Shown here: piece after piece, positions 1-9,802 of the stretch
Layout: every line of letters begins with the position of its first letter
How positions within the stretch are numbered: the first letter of the stretch is position 1
Source: Aequorivita sp.
GTDB lineage: Bacteria > Bacteroidota > Bacteroidia > Flavobacteriales > Flavobacteriaceae
Reading direction: 5' to 3'
Assembly (NCBI GenBank): GCA_030690315.1
Contig: JAUYGY010000054.1
Span: 4,868 to 68,867 of the forward strand
Length of the DNA: 64,000 bases
The notes under the pieces: model-generated
What the model was told of the DNA's origin: nothing
The model's database searches: none
The model's input: only the letters and a program-made list of their open reading frames with translations
Made by a program: the position numbers and the translations under genes

Positions 1-10
1 ATAGGAGAAA

Positions 11-150
11 AGCCTGCGCAAACAAATTAGATAAGCTATGGTTTGGTCAGTCCTCCCTTCGAAAATCCGCAGGATTTCCAAAGTCAGTTTGTATTTAGAG
101 AGATTCGTGCCGAGAAATGCCATAGATATACATAAACGTTGTGTGAACTG
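11..150 (+). repeat. Imperfect long palindrome resembling Bacteroidota cassette-boundary (attC/rAID-like) elements
   Basis: GCGCAAAC (16-23) ... CTATGG (36-41) ... inner AAATCC/GGATTT hairpin (63-77) ... CCATAG (120-125) ... GTTGTGTG (138-145), ending just upstream of a gene. Confidence 0.55.
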
Positions 151-197
151 AACACAAACGTTTTGATATTATTAAAAATTGGAAATCAAAATAATAA

Positions 198-1082
198 ATG
201 ACCGAATTTTATAAACTACTATCGAACAGAGAAATTTCCATACTGATTTGGTCTTTCGTGATTTTCACAGTTTTAATTATAAGCTCAAAAGGTAGTTTCG
301 GAAAATTATTAGATGTAATCAAAGCCTTATTTTCCAAGAAATTTATTCCTTTTTACATCATATTCCTCGTTTACTTTTTCTTAATCATTTTCCTACTAAA
401 TAAATTGTCGATATGGGAATTGGAGCTTTATAAAGATTTTATTTATTGGTTTTTAACGACTGGAATAGTACTCTTTTTCAATTCCAATAATTTGAATACC
501 ATTAAAGATTTTGTCAAAGTTATATTGACTGCCACCTCATTAACCATTATACTTGAATTTATTGTTGGATTTTATAACTTATCGCTCATTTGGGAACTGA
601 TATTAATTCCTATTGTAACTTTAATTTCTCTATTATCATTAGTTGCGGAAATGAAAAAGGATGACCCAAATACAAAAGTTGTGGCAAACATTTTAAAAGG
701 CATACTTACAATTATAGGATTTGGTATTTTATTTTATGGCATTTATCAGTTGATAACCCAATATACTGATTTCCTTACATTAAGCAATTTAAAGTCTTTT
801 CTACTTCCACCAATTTTCACACTTCTATTTCTCCCGCTGATTTATTTCACAGTTCTTTATATTAAATATGAAAGAGCTTTTATGAACTTGAAACGTTATA
901 AATTTATTTCAGAAGACAGAAAAAAGAAAATTAGGATTTCAATTTTAAAATATGCTAACATTAATTTCGTCTATATTGAAAACGCTAATAAAATTATCGT
1001 CTTTAAAAAAAGTGAATTACAAAACGAAGCCGACATTCAATCATACTTGCGAAAAAACGTTAAACTGAAACAAAGTGCATAA
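198..1082 (+). CDS. Hypothetical multi-pass membrane protein
   Basis: 294-aa ORF with about 6-7 hydrophobic segments and a basic soluble C-terminus; no family recognised. Confidence 0.75.
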   Translation: MTEFYKLLSNREISILIWSFVIFTVLIISSKGSFGKLLDVIKALFSKKFIPFYIIFLVYFFLIIFLLNKLSIWELELYKDFIYWFLTTGIVLFFNSNNLNTIKDFVKVILTATSLTIILEFIVGFYNLSLIWELILIPIVTLISLLSLVAEMKKDDPNTKVVANILKGILTIIGFGILFYGIYQLITQYTDFLTLSNLKSFLLPPIFTLLFLPLIYFTVLYIKYERAFMNLKRYKFISEDRKKKIRISILKYANINFVYIENANKIIVFKKSELQNEADIQSYLRKNVKLKQSA

Positions 1083-1103
1083 ATCACTGCACACATCACT
1101 GGT

Positions 1104-1170
1104 AACCGTTGCACAACCCCATAATTTTTAAAACCAAACCAATATAAGCCGTTTTGAGCGGCTTTGTTTT
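1104..1170 (+). repeat. ~68-bp direct repeat, copy A, containing a terminator-like hairpin
   Basis: AACCGTTGCACAACCCCATAATTTTTAAAACCAAACCAATATAAGCCGTTTTGAGCGGCTTTGTTTT; closely matches 4607-4674. Confidence 0.85.
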
Positions 1171-1467
1171 TTGGGTATTTTCTAAAAATGAAGTAGATAG
1201 CGGTGCTATTTAACAAAAAACTTTATATTTGGCATTCTTTAAGTTAAAATGCCTCCGTTACGGTTTTCCAACTTGCAGCCAATTCTCTCAATTAAAATCA
1301 GTTTATTACCAACAATTTTATAGCCTATATATAGGATCTTGCGAGGTCTATTAGTAGGTTGAGTCCATACAAATTTGTGTATTTTAAGATGAGACAAAGC
1401 AGAAAATAACTATTTCAACTTTTATATTCATCCTTATATTACTGTTATAAAAAAATTAATATGCCTT

Positions 1468-2460
1468 ATGCCATACTTTATAGAAGATTTAATTGAATTA
1501 GATATTACCGTAAAACTAAACCTAGGGCGTAACCTTATTATTAGAGTGGCATCCATTGAAGAAATAGATGTGATAAAATCTCTAATACCAAAATTTGGTT
1601 ATTCTGATAAAAGTGGCCCATTTGCATATCGATACCACGAAAGTAAAATTATTCACAGAACCCCACAGGGAGGAACAAAACTTAAACAAAGGCTAAAGGA
1701 TGATTTTCGCTACTTTGTATTAGATGAAATAAACTATACTGGAATCTATAATCAATCTTATGCTAAGGCATTTTTACTATCAGATACAGAATTTTTTATT
1801 CCTTTTGGATTTTCGGCAATGACTTTACCAGAAAAGGGAATATCAATTAAATATTCTTTTGATTCTGAATTAAGCACATATTCATATTTCAATGATCTGA
1901 GTATTAGTTTTCCTTTGGAGGAAAGGAAAATTGAAACCCCAAAATCATTTACCAATGATGATAAATCACAGATAATAAATATTTTACTTCTTATTGAAAA
2001 TTTCGAAAAAATTAAAAATAATTACCCTATAATAAATAAGGCCTATAATGATTTCTTTAAAATATCTGAACTGTCAGATTTTTCTGTTTTTAAAGTTGTG
2101 AGTTATTTTGCCTGTTTAGAATTACTTTTAGTGGATAATAAGTTAGATAAACTAAAATCCATAAGTTCTCAGCTAGAATCAAAGTTAGATTTATTGAACA
2201 ACAGAATGAATAGCCCAATCAAGGTTTCTGATTTCATTAAAGGTCCAGACACACTGACCCTTGGAAAATCAATATCTATTTTATATGGTTATCGTAGTTC
2301 AATAGCCCACGGGGATTTTGTTGATTTCGAGAAAAAGCTCCAAATATTAAACAAAATTTCTAAGTCAGATATTTTAAATTTTTTACGAACTGTTCTTAAA
2401 CGGATTTTATTAATTTCTTTAGAAGAACCTCAATTAATATCAGACTTAAAAAACTGTTAG
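1468..2460 (+). CDS. HEPN-domain protein (ApeA-like), putative RNase
   Basis: C-terminal ACLELLL helix and RSSIAH (R276-x4-H281), the HEPN RxxxxH motif; TATATTTG -7 promoter box at 1224-1231. Confidence 0.7.
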   Translation: MPYFIEDLIELDITVKLNLGRNLIIRVASIEEIDVIKSLIPKFGYSDKSGPFAYRYHESKIIHRTPQGGTKLKQRLKDDFRYFVLDEINYTGIYNQSYAKAFLLSDTEFFIPFGFSAMTLPEKGISIKYSFDSELSTYSYFNDLSISFPLEERKIETPKSFTNDDKSQIINILLLIENFEKIKNNYPIINKAYNDFFKISELSDFSVFKVVSYFACLELLLVDNKLDKLKSISSQLESKLDLLNNRMNSPIKVSDFIKGPDTLTLGKSISILYGYRSSIAHGDFVDFEKKLQILNKISKSDILNFLRTVLKRILLISLEEPQLISDLKNC

Positions 2461-2501
2461 TAATTATTTTTATAGGCACTAATAAGAATAAATTATAATA
2501 T

Positions 2502-3005
2502 TCACGAAGAGGAAAAAAGAATTAAATAGAAGAAAATTCCTAGGTCTATAACACCTATCAAGACTAAGCTAAAAACAATGAGTTCTATTGTTTTCGATAA
2601 ATTATAACCATTTTTATTTAAAGGTATTTCGTGTAATTTAGTTTCCTCATTTTTTTGCAAAGAAACTTTCCGCTTATGAATTTCTGCACTCAACCTGCGA
2701 CCAATTTTTGAAATCTCTTCAATCTCTGATTGTACAATTTTAGGTAGGATAAGATTTAGAAGTAATGCAATACTAAATATAACTAAACTGGAAAAGAGGG
2801 TTATTTTTATAAAAAGTGAAATCTCCTTTTCTATAACTTCTTTGAGAATTTGAAAAATCAAAATTAATGCACCACTACAAATTGCAGTAAGAAGAATATT
2901 GTATCTTTTCTCATACTCTAAAGTTAAATTATAAGTTAAGGATTCGAGTGATTTGGTTTCCTTTTCAATTTTATCTAATTCCTCTAAATTATTATACTTA
3001 TCCAT
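2502..3005 (-). CDS. Hypothetical membrane protein (about 3 TM)
   Basis: 167-aa ORF with three hydrophobic stretches separated by charged helices. Confidence 0.65.
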   Translation of the reverse strand: MDKYNNLEELDKIEKETKSLESLTYNLTLEYEKRYNILLTAICSGALILIFQILKEVIEKEISLFIKITLFSSLVIFSIALLLNLILPKIVQSEIEEISKIGRRLSAEIHKRKVSLQKNEETKLHEIPLNKNGYNLSKTIELIVFSLVLIGVIDLGIFFYLILFSSS

Positions 3006-3355
3006 ATTAGTTATATAAATGGTTTACTACTAAATTAACCCATTTATCTATACATCAATAATTATTTATAAACATCTTAATTATTTGCTAATTGCGCTTT
3101 TAAAAAGAATATATTTATTTCTGCATTTGTAATGCCTTCATAGGTTTTTGAACCCAACAAATTCTTTATATTTGGTATTCTCCCGGTTAAAATGCACGCA
3201 GTTACGGTTTTCTGTAATGGGTGGGTTTGTGTTTGTTGTATGTTTGCAACTAAATGAACATTTTTATTATCTTGAACATAGCGAGTTCTATTTCAGAGAT
3301 AAACCTAGTAAAGTTAGTGTTATAAACAAGTTGCAAGCAATGTGAAAAAATACCT

Positions 3356-4585
3356 ATGTCCGAACAAAAAACTTTATTCATTTCATATTCTTGGCAAACA
3401 AAAGAAATAGCCGATAAAATCGCTTCAGATTTGAGTATGTCTTTAATTACAGTTATCAAAGACAATCAAGAATTAGGTTACACAAATAGTATAACTGATT
3501 TTATGAAACGTATAAGAACTAGTGATTACGCGCTTTTGCTTATTTCAGATTTCTATTTAAAATCTAAAAATTGTCTTTATGAGGTTTTAGAACTCATCAA
3601 AGATGATAATTATTGGAATAAAGTACTGCCAATTGTTCTTGAAGAAACGAAAATATATTCAGCACTTGACAGACTACATTATATTAAGTTTTGGGAAGAA
3701 AAATCAAACGAACTTGAATCTGCATTAACGAATGTCAAGCCAATAAATTCAATCGAACTATTTAAAGAATTAAAATTATTCCAAGATATAAGTTTCAATA
3801 TAGATATATTTATTAAAAAGGTTGTTGATTCTATACATCTTACCCCAACAGAATTAATTGAAAAAAAATATAAACCAATCATTGATAAGCTCGGATTAGA
3901 AATTGATACAGAACCACTAATAAAATTATTGGACATAGCATTAATTCAAGATTTAGAAAAAAGAGAAATAGCACTTGATGATTTTATAGAATCCAATAAG
4001 GAAAGCGCATACTACTTTTCGGTTAAAGGTTCAACTGCCAGAGATTTAAGAAAATTTGAACAAGCAATACATTTTTACAAAAAAGGACTAAAAATTGACC
4101 CAAATAACTTTGCGATTTTAAATAATTACGGACAAGTTGTCGAACATTATTCTAAAAATTACAAGGAAGCTAAAAGATTATACGAAAGAGCGATTAAATC
4201 AAACCCACATTCAGAAATAGCAAGATTGAATTTAGGCGTCTTATTAAGACATCATTTCAACAATCCACAAGGGGCAAAAAAACAATATTTGAAAGTGCTT
4301 GAATTTAATCCAGATAGTTATAAAGCTCACAATAACATTTCCAATATTTACAAAGTAGTAAATCCTGATGAAGAACAATTACAAAAAATTGAATTTCATC
4401 TAAAAAAAGCGATTGAAATTAATCCAGAATATATAGAAGCTTTAATTAATTATGGAAATTTCCTTAAAGTTTATCGAAAAAAAATAAATGAAGGAAATGA
4501 ATATTATCTAAAGGTTCGAAAATTAGATAAAGAAGGGAATTTAAATTCATTATTAAATGTACTTGAAAATTCAATTAAAGGATAA
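3356..4585 (+). CDS. TIR domain-TPR repeat protein
   Basis: N-terminal FISYSW...LLISDFYLKSKNCLYEV (TIR, catalytic-position E76); C-terminal TPRs (A..YY.K.LKIDPNN, A.NNISNIY, ALINYGNFL). Confidence 0.85.
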   Translation: MSEQKTLFISYSWQTKEIADKIASDLSMSLITVIKDNQELGYTNSITDFMKRIRTSDYALLLISDFYLKSKNCLYEVLELIKDDNYWNKVLPIVLEETKIYSALDRLHYIKFWEEKSNELESALTNVKPINSIELFKELKLFQDISFNIDIFIKKVVDSIHLTPTELIEKKYKPIIDKLGLEIDTEPLIKLLDIALIQDLEKREIALDDFIESNKESAYYFSVKGSTARDLRKFEQAIHFYKKGLKIDPNNFAILNNYGQVVEHYSKNYKEAKRLYERAIKSNPHSEIARLNLGVLLRHHFNNPQGAKKQYLKVLEFNPDSYKAHNNISNIYKVVNPDEEQLQKIEFHLKKAIEINPEYIEALINYGNFLKVYRKKINEGNEYYLKVRKLDKEGNLNSLLNVLENSIKG

Positions 4586-4606
4586 AAAACAGACGGCAAC
4601 TCATTT

Positions 4607-4674
4607 AACCCTTGCACACAACCCATAATTTTAAAACCAATCCTATTTAAGCCGCTTTGAGCGGCTTTATTTTT
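4607..4674 (+). repeat. ~68-bp direct repeat, copy B, containing a terminator-like hairpin
   Basis: AACCCTTGCACACAACCCATAATTTTAAAACCAATCCTATTTAAGCCGCTTTGAGCGGCTTTATTTTT; matches 1104-1170. Confidence 0.85.
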
Positions 4675-4796
4675 AATAGTTGGGTTCTGTTTAGGGTGTA
4701 CGATTAAATATATTTCTCAAAATTTAGAGCAAATTGATTTAGGTATGTTTGTTAACAAGTATTTCAACAATTGCTAAATAATTGCAGTGAGCTTAA

Positions 4797-4818
4797 TATA
4801 TTTGACAAATACTGTCAA
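4797..4818 (+). promoter_or_regulatory. Bacteroidota -7 promoter box overlapping a palindromic operator
   Basis: TATATTTG (4797-4804) overlaps TTGACA-aatac-TGTCAA (4802-4818), 29 bp upstream of the XRE gene start. Confidence 0.6.
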
Positions 4819-4846
4819 GTCAAATTAAACAAGTGCTAATACACAA

Positions 4847-5164
4847 ATGGAATACATTAAGTTGGTCGGCGAACTACTACGAGAAAAAAGAGAAGAAAAA
4901 GGGATGCTTTTAAGGCACGTTTCTGCCAAATTGGATATTGATACTGCTATACTTAGCAAGATTGAAAGGAGTGAGCGTAAAGCATCCCGGGAACAGATAT
5001 TAAAACTCGCAGAGGTACTTGATTTGAATAAAGAAGATTTATTTGTGCAGTACTTGAGCGAAAAAATACTTTTTGAAATAAAAGACGAAGAACTGGGAGC
5101 AAAGGCACTAAAAGTAGCAGAACAGCAAATCACATATATTAACAAAAAGAAAAACGAAAGGTGA
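4847..5164 (+). CDS. XRE-family HTH regulator (putative RM controller protein)
   Basis: LREKREEKGMLLRHVSAKLDIDTAILSKIERSER HTH_3 pattern; its stop overlaps the res start (GTGA). Confidence 0.85.
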   Translation: MEYIKLVGELLREKREEKGMLLRHVSAKLDIDTAILSKIERSERKASREQILKLAEVLDLNKEDLFVQYLSEKILFEIKDEELGAKALKVAEQQITYINKKKNER

Positions 5165-7881
5165 CGGAACTTAAATTAGAACTATTAGAATATCAAGAAA
5201 CCGCTATCAAATCTGTAGTAGATGTATTTGACGGTTCTGTAAAAAATACTTTTGACAATGCTTCTGTTGATGGCATTCGCTCAAATGTTTGTTCGCTTAC
5301 GCCCGAACAAATTACCGAAAACATAAAAACTGTTTTAAAAGAAAATGCAATCAGTGATGAAGTTGCTAAACTTACAGACGAACAGGAATTATCCATCGAA
5401 ATGGAAACAGGAACTGGTAAAACCCTTGTTTACATCAAAATGATTTACGAGTTATATAAGTACTACAAATTTACTAAATTTATCATTCTTGTACCTTCGG
5501 TTGCTATTAGGCAAGGTGTGTTGAGTACGCTTTCGACATTTGAAAAGCAACTGGAAGATATTTACGGTTTTACACCAAAATCTTTTGAATACAATAGTAA
5601 AAAACTCACCAAAGTAACGCACTTTATAGAAGAACAACATCCTCAAGTATTGGTAATGACTTTGGCTTCTTTTAATTCGGAAGACAAAATTTTGAACCAA
5701 GCAAAAAGAGAAGATCTTTTTGCAAATATTCCTTTCATTGATGCCATTGGTAGAACCAACCCAATCATCATAATGGACGAGCCTCAAGAAGGAATGGATA
5801 CAGATAACTCCATTAAACAAATTGCGAAACTCAATCCTCTATTTAAAATCAGATTTTCGGCTACCCATAAAGTTTCAAAAAATAAGATTTATCGCTTAAC
5901 ACCTTACGACAGTTACCAACAAGGATTAGTAAAGAAAATTGAAGTACTGACCGTAACCGAGAAGAATGATGAAGCAACTTTAAAACTAGAGCTTTCAGAA
6001 ACTAAAAATGGTAAAAATCCTATTCAAGCAAAACTTAAGGCTTGGCATCAGTCGGCAAGCGGAAAAATTGAATTTAAAAATTCTAAATGGTTGAAAGATG
6101 GGGATAATTTGGGAGAAGCAACCAACAACCCTAGTTATCTCAATTACAAAATTGAACGCATCAAAAAGAGTTTAAGAACAGGAAAATGGTCAGTGGTATT
6201 TGCCAATGGAACAGAAATTTTTGAAAAACAAACCTCTGGAAACATTCAGAGTATTTGGAATTTACAATTAGAATGGCTCATCATTAGACACTTTACTAAA
6301 AAACAAAAACTACAAGAAAAAGGCATCAAATGTCTATCGCTTATTTTCATTGATAAAGTGGCTAACTATATTAGTGAAGAACCCGTAATAAAGAACCTTT
6401 TTATAGAAAAATACAAAGAACTCTATCCTGAATTTTACGACAATAAACAACCAACTGTGGAGCATATTGATGCTGTCCAAGGGTTTTATTTTGCTCAAAC
6501 AGGAAAAGGAGAATACACAGATAACGAAAACTCAATGCGTAAAAACTTAGAGGTTTTTGATGCCATTCTCAAAGACAAAAAAGAATTATTGAGTTTTGGA
6601 GATTCGGTAGCTAATAAAATTGAGTTCATTTTTTCACATTCTGCCCTTGGTGTAGGTTGGGATAATCCAAATATTTTCAATATTGCCACTCTTAGTAATT
6701 CGTATTCAGAAATTAAAAAACGACAGGAAATTGGACGTGGGTTGCGTATTTGTGTCAATACAGATGGTCAACGTGTTTATGATGCTCTGACGGTTTCAGA
6801 TGACGAAAGAATCAATCAACTCACGGTAATACCTAATGAAAGTTACGAAACCTTTGTAACCCAATACCAAGAGGAGATAAAAGAAGTGTATGGCACTAAA
6901 CTAGCTGGTGCAGGAATGACACACACGCACAAAGGCGAAAAGCAAAACCAAGTACATTTTAAACGCAGTAAAAATGAAACCATCAATCAAGCATTCAAAA
7001 GGTTTTGGAGTGCTTTAGCCAAGAAAACAAACTACACAGTAAGTTTTGATGAAGAAGCCTTGATCAACAGAAGTATTGAAGCCTTAAACAACATTGAAAT
7101 AGCAGATTATTTGGCAGAAGTAAGCAGTCGTTCCATTGGTTCTATTTCAGAAGATGGCATAGAAGACCAATTTGGAGGTACTGAAAGTTATAAACTTAAA
7201 GCCCATTACACGGCTTTAGATTTGGTAGAGGAAATTAGTGAAAATACACGCATAAGTTACCCTTCCGCATTTAAAATTTTAAATGAAATCAATTACGATT
7301 CTTTTGCTAAAAATCCACCACAGTTTATACAGCAGGCTACTGCCAAAATCAATAATATTGAATTGGAAGAAATGATAAGAGGACTAAATTATCATTTGAC
7401 GGACGAAACTTTTCCTTTTGAGTTTGATGATTTTATAAAACAAGTGGAATACAATCAATACCGAGACACACCAAAAAGAGGGTTTTTTGATAAAATGTTG
7501 GTGGATAGTGATGTGGAAAGAACCTTTGCTTTAGCTACAGACGAAGATGACGAAGTGATTTGTTTTATGAAATTACCAGCATATTATCAAATCTCTACAC
7601 CTATTGGCAATTACAACCCCGATTTTGGTATCGTAATGAAACGTAAACAATTGCGTGATGGAAAGGAAAGTGAATTTTATTTTGTGATTGAAACCAAAGG
7701 TACAAACGACATCAGCGATAAAAAAGCACTCAAAGAAAGTGAAGTTTACAAGATAAATTGTGCTATGAAGCACTTTGCAACTTTAGGCGTAGAAGTACAA
7801 TACAAAGCACCTGTAAAAGATTATCAATATTTTAAAGAGGATGCAACCAACACTATTAACACATTAATTGAAAAAGCATAA
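5161..7881 (+). CDS. res: Type III restriction enzyme Res subunit (SF2 helicase-like ATPase plus PD-(D/E)xK nuclease)
   Basis: Walker A METGTGKT, MDEPQ motif II, GWDNPNIF, RQEIGRGLR motif VI, C-terminal YNPDF...IETKG nuclease. Confidence 0.93.
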   Translation: MTELKLELLEYQETAIKSVVDVFDGSVKNTFDNASVDGIRSNVCSLTPEQITENIKTVLKENAISDEVAKLTDEQELSIEMETGTGKTLVYIKMIYELYKYYKFTKFIILVPSVAIRQGVLSTLSTFEKQLEDIYGFTPKSFEYNSKKLTKVTHFIEEQHPQVLVMTLASFNSEDKILNQAKREDLFANIPFIDAIGRTNPIIIMDEPQEGMDTDNSIKQIAKLNPLFKIRFSATHKVSKNKIYRLTPYDSYQQGLVKKIEVLTVTEKNDEATLKLELSETKNGKNPIQAKLKAWHQSASGKIEFKNSKWLKDGDNLGEATNNPSYLNYKIERIKKSLRTGKWSVVFANGTEIFEKQTSGNIQSIWNLQLEWLIIRHFTKKQKLQEKGIKCLSLIFIDKVANYISEEPVIKNLFIEKYKELYPEFYDNKQPTVEHIDAVQGFYFAQTGKGEYTDNENSMRKNLEVFDAILKDKKELLSFGDSVANKIEFIFSHSALGVGWDNPNIFNIATLSNSYSEIKKRQEIGRGLRICVNTDGQRVYDALTVSDDERINQLTVIPNESYETFVTQYQEEIKEVYGTKLAGAGMTHTHKGEKQNQVHFKRSKNETINQAFKRFWSALAKKTNYTVSFDEEALINRSIEALNNIEIADYLAEVSSRSIGSISEDGIEDQFGGTESYKLKAHYTALDLVEEISENTRISYPSAFKILNEINYDSFAKNPPQFIQQATAKINNIELEEMIRGLNYHLTDETFPFEFDDFIKQVEYNQYRDTPKRGFFDKMLVDSDVERTFALATDEDDEVICFMKLPAYYQISTPIGNYNPDFGIVMKRKQLRDGKESEFYFVIETKGTNDISDKKALKESEVYKINCAMKHFATLGVEVQYKAPVKDYQYFKEDATNTINTLIEKA

Positions 7882-9800
7882 TGAGTAAGGAATCAGGAAA
7901 CACAGAAAACCCAATAGAAAACGTACAATCGCACGATTGGAACAAAGAACGTTTGGAACAACTAAAAAATCTGATGCCTGATTTGTTTACCAATGACGGA
8001 CAGCTCAATATCAACGAACTCAAGAAAGTAGTTGACCCCAATTTAGTAAGCGAAACTGAGCGTTATGAATTTCGTTGGTTTGGGAAAAGCAACGCCAAAC
8101 GGGAAGCCTTTACGCCTACAGATGCTACTTTGGTGTTTGACGAACACAGAAGTGTAAACCCAACAGAAAGCGACAATCTTATTATTGAAGGAGAAAATTT
8201 GGTGGTGCTCAAATTACTCAGCAACAGTTACCGTGGAAAAATAAAGTGCATCTATATTGATCCACCTTACAATAAAGATAAGGACTTTATTTATCGTGAT
8301 ACTTGGAAGCAGAATAAAAAAGCTTATTGGGAAGATTCAGAAATGATAGAAAATGGACTAAAAATAGATACAAACTCTGAAAGTTCTGGCAGATACCATA
8401 GTAATTGGCTTAATATGATGTTTAGCAGACTTCTAATAGCACGACAATTACTTTCTGAGAATGGAGTGATTTTTATTTCAATTTCTGATGAAGAAGTTCA
8501 TCACTTACGAAAAATTTGTGATGAAATATTCGGTGAGGAGAATTTTGAAGGACATATACATTGGAGAAGAAGACACAACCAACCTAATGATAAAACAAAA
8601 ATGATTGGGTTGGTTGCAGAGCATATTTTATCGTATTCCAAAAATAAGGAAGAATATAAAAAAGCAGGAGTTGGCAAAGTAGATTTAACAGGAGATTTTT
8701 CAAATCCTGATAATGATTCAAGAGGAGATTGGGCTTCAAAGCCTTGGAAAGTTGGCTCAGACCAATCTGGTAGTAAATACACAATCACTAATCCTTATAA
8801 TAATAAAGAATTTGAGGGAGAATGGATGGGAGAAGAATCTACATATAAAAAACTGCTTAAAGATAATAGAATTGTTTTTCCAAAAAACGGAGATGGTTTT
8901 CCGCGTAAAAAGTATTTTAGATTTGAAAGAGAGGAAGAAGGGCAATGTGCAACTAATTGGTGGTCTCATAAGCAATTCGGTCACAATCAAGGGGCTAATG
9001 ATGAAATGACTTCATTATTTGGAGTTAAAAATATTTTTAGTAATCCTAAACCAAAAGAGTTAATAAGAGGTCTTATTCAAATTTCTAATGCAAAAACAGA
9101 TGATATTGTGCTGGATTTTTTTGGAGGCAGTGGAGTGACGGGTCAATCAGTTTTTGAACTTAATGAGGAAGACAAATTAAATAGAAAGTTTATTGTTGTT
9201 CAAATTCCAGAAATTATTAATCAAGTAGAAGTTGCGTTTATAGCAGGTTACAAAAAAATAAGCGACATTACCATTGAACGCAACAAACGAGTGGTAAAGA
9301 AAATCATTTCAGAAAAGAAAGCAGCTCAACCCGTTTCATTTAATGCAGAATTTAATGAACAGGAGCAATTAAAAGGTCTTGGTTTCAAAGTATTCAAACT
9401 ACAAAAATCCAATTTCCCAAGAGTAGAATATGCACCCGACCCAAATAAAACCAACGAAGAAAATATTGAAGTACTTAAAAAGTACATCAGAGACAAAGAA
9501 GCCCAATTAATTTCTGCCTTCAACAAAGAAGAATTAATCACAGAAATTTTACTCAAAAACGGTTTCAAACTCAATTATACGTTGACCAAGCAAGAACAAT
9601 TTACCAAAAACGAAATTCTTTTTGCCACAGATGGCGATAAAGAGACCTTGGTTTGTTTAGATGGCGATTTGGCAGAAGAAACCGTAGAACATTTCAAAAA
9701 ACACAACGAGCAAAAACTCATTGTACTAGAACGTGCCTTAGACACTACCAAAAAATGGAATCTCAAACACTATATGAAAGATAATTTTAAAGCGTTTTAG
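7881..9800 (+). CDS. mod: Type III RM N6-adenine DNA methyltransferase Mod
   Basis: IEGENL, IYIDPPYN (motif IV), VLDFFGGSG (motif I), central variable target-recognition region; TAATG overlap with res. Confidence 0.93.
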   Translation: MSKESGNTENPIENVQSHDWNKERLEQLKNLMPDLFTNDGQLNINELKKVVDPNLVSETERYEFRWFGKSNAKREAFTPTDATLVFDEHRSVNPTESDNLIIEGENLVVLKLLSNSYRGKIKCIYIDPPYNKDKDFIYRDTWKQNKKAYWEDSEMIENGLKIDTNSESSGRYHSNWLNMMFSRLLIARQLLSENGVIFISISDEEVHHLRKICDEIFGEENFEGHIHWRRRHNQPNDKTKMIGLVAEHILSYSKNKEEYKKAGVGKVDLTGDFSNPDNDSRGDWASKPWKVGSDQSGSKYTITNPYNNKEFEGEWMGEESTYKKLLKDNRIVFPKNGDGFPRKKYFRFEREEEGQCATNWWSHKQFGHNQGANDEMTSLFGVKNIFSNPKPKELIRGLIQISNAKTDDIVLDFFGGSGVTGQSVFELNEEDKLNRKFIVVQIPEIINQVEVAFIAGYKKISDITIERNKRVVKKIISEKKAAQPVSFNAEFNEQEQLKGLGFKVFKLQKSNFPRVEYAPDPNKTNEENIEVLKKYIRDKEAQLISAFNKEELITEILLKNGFKLNYTLTKQEQFTKNEILFATDGDKETLVCLDGDLAEETVEHFKKHNEQKLIVLERALDTTKKWNLKHYMKDNFKAF

Positions 9801-9802
9801 AT

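Noticed and set aside
1257-3211. Shared 11-mer GTTACGGTTTT at 1257-1267 and 3201-3211
   Set aside because: Too short, and the flanks do not align; could be chance or a remnant, not supportable.
3148-3345. 65-aa ORF upstream of the TIR gene (and antisense ORF 3250-3465)
   Set aside because: TTG start, no recognisable motif, and it overlaps what looks like a degenerate cassette-boundary/promoter region.
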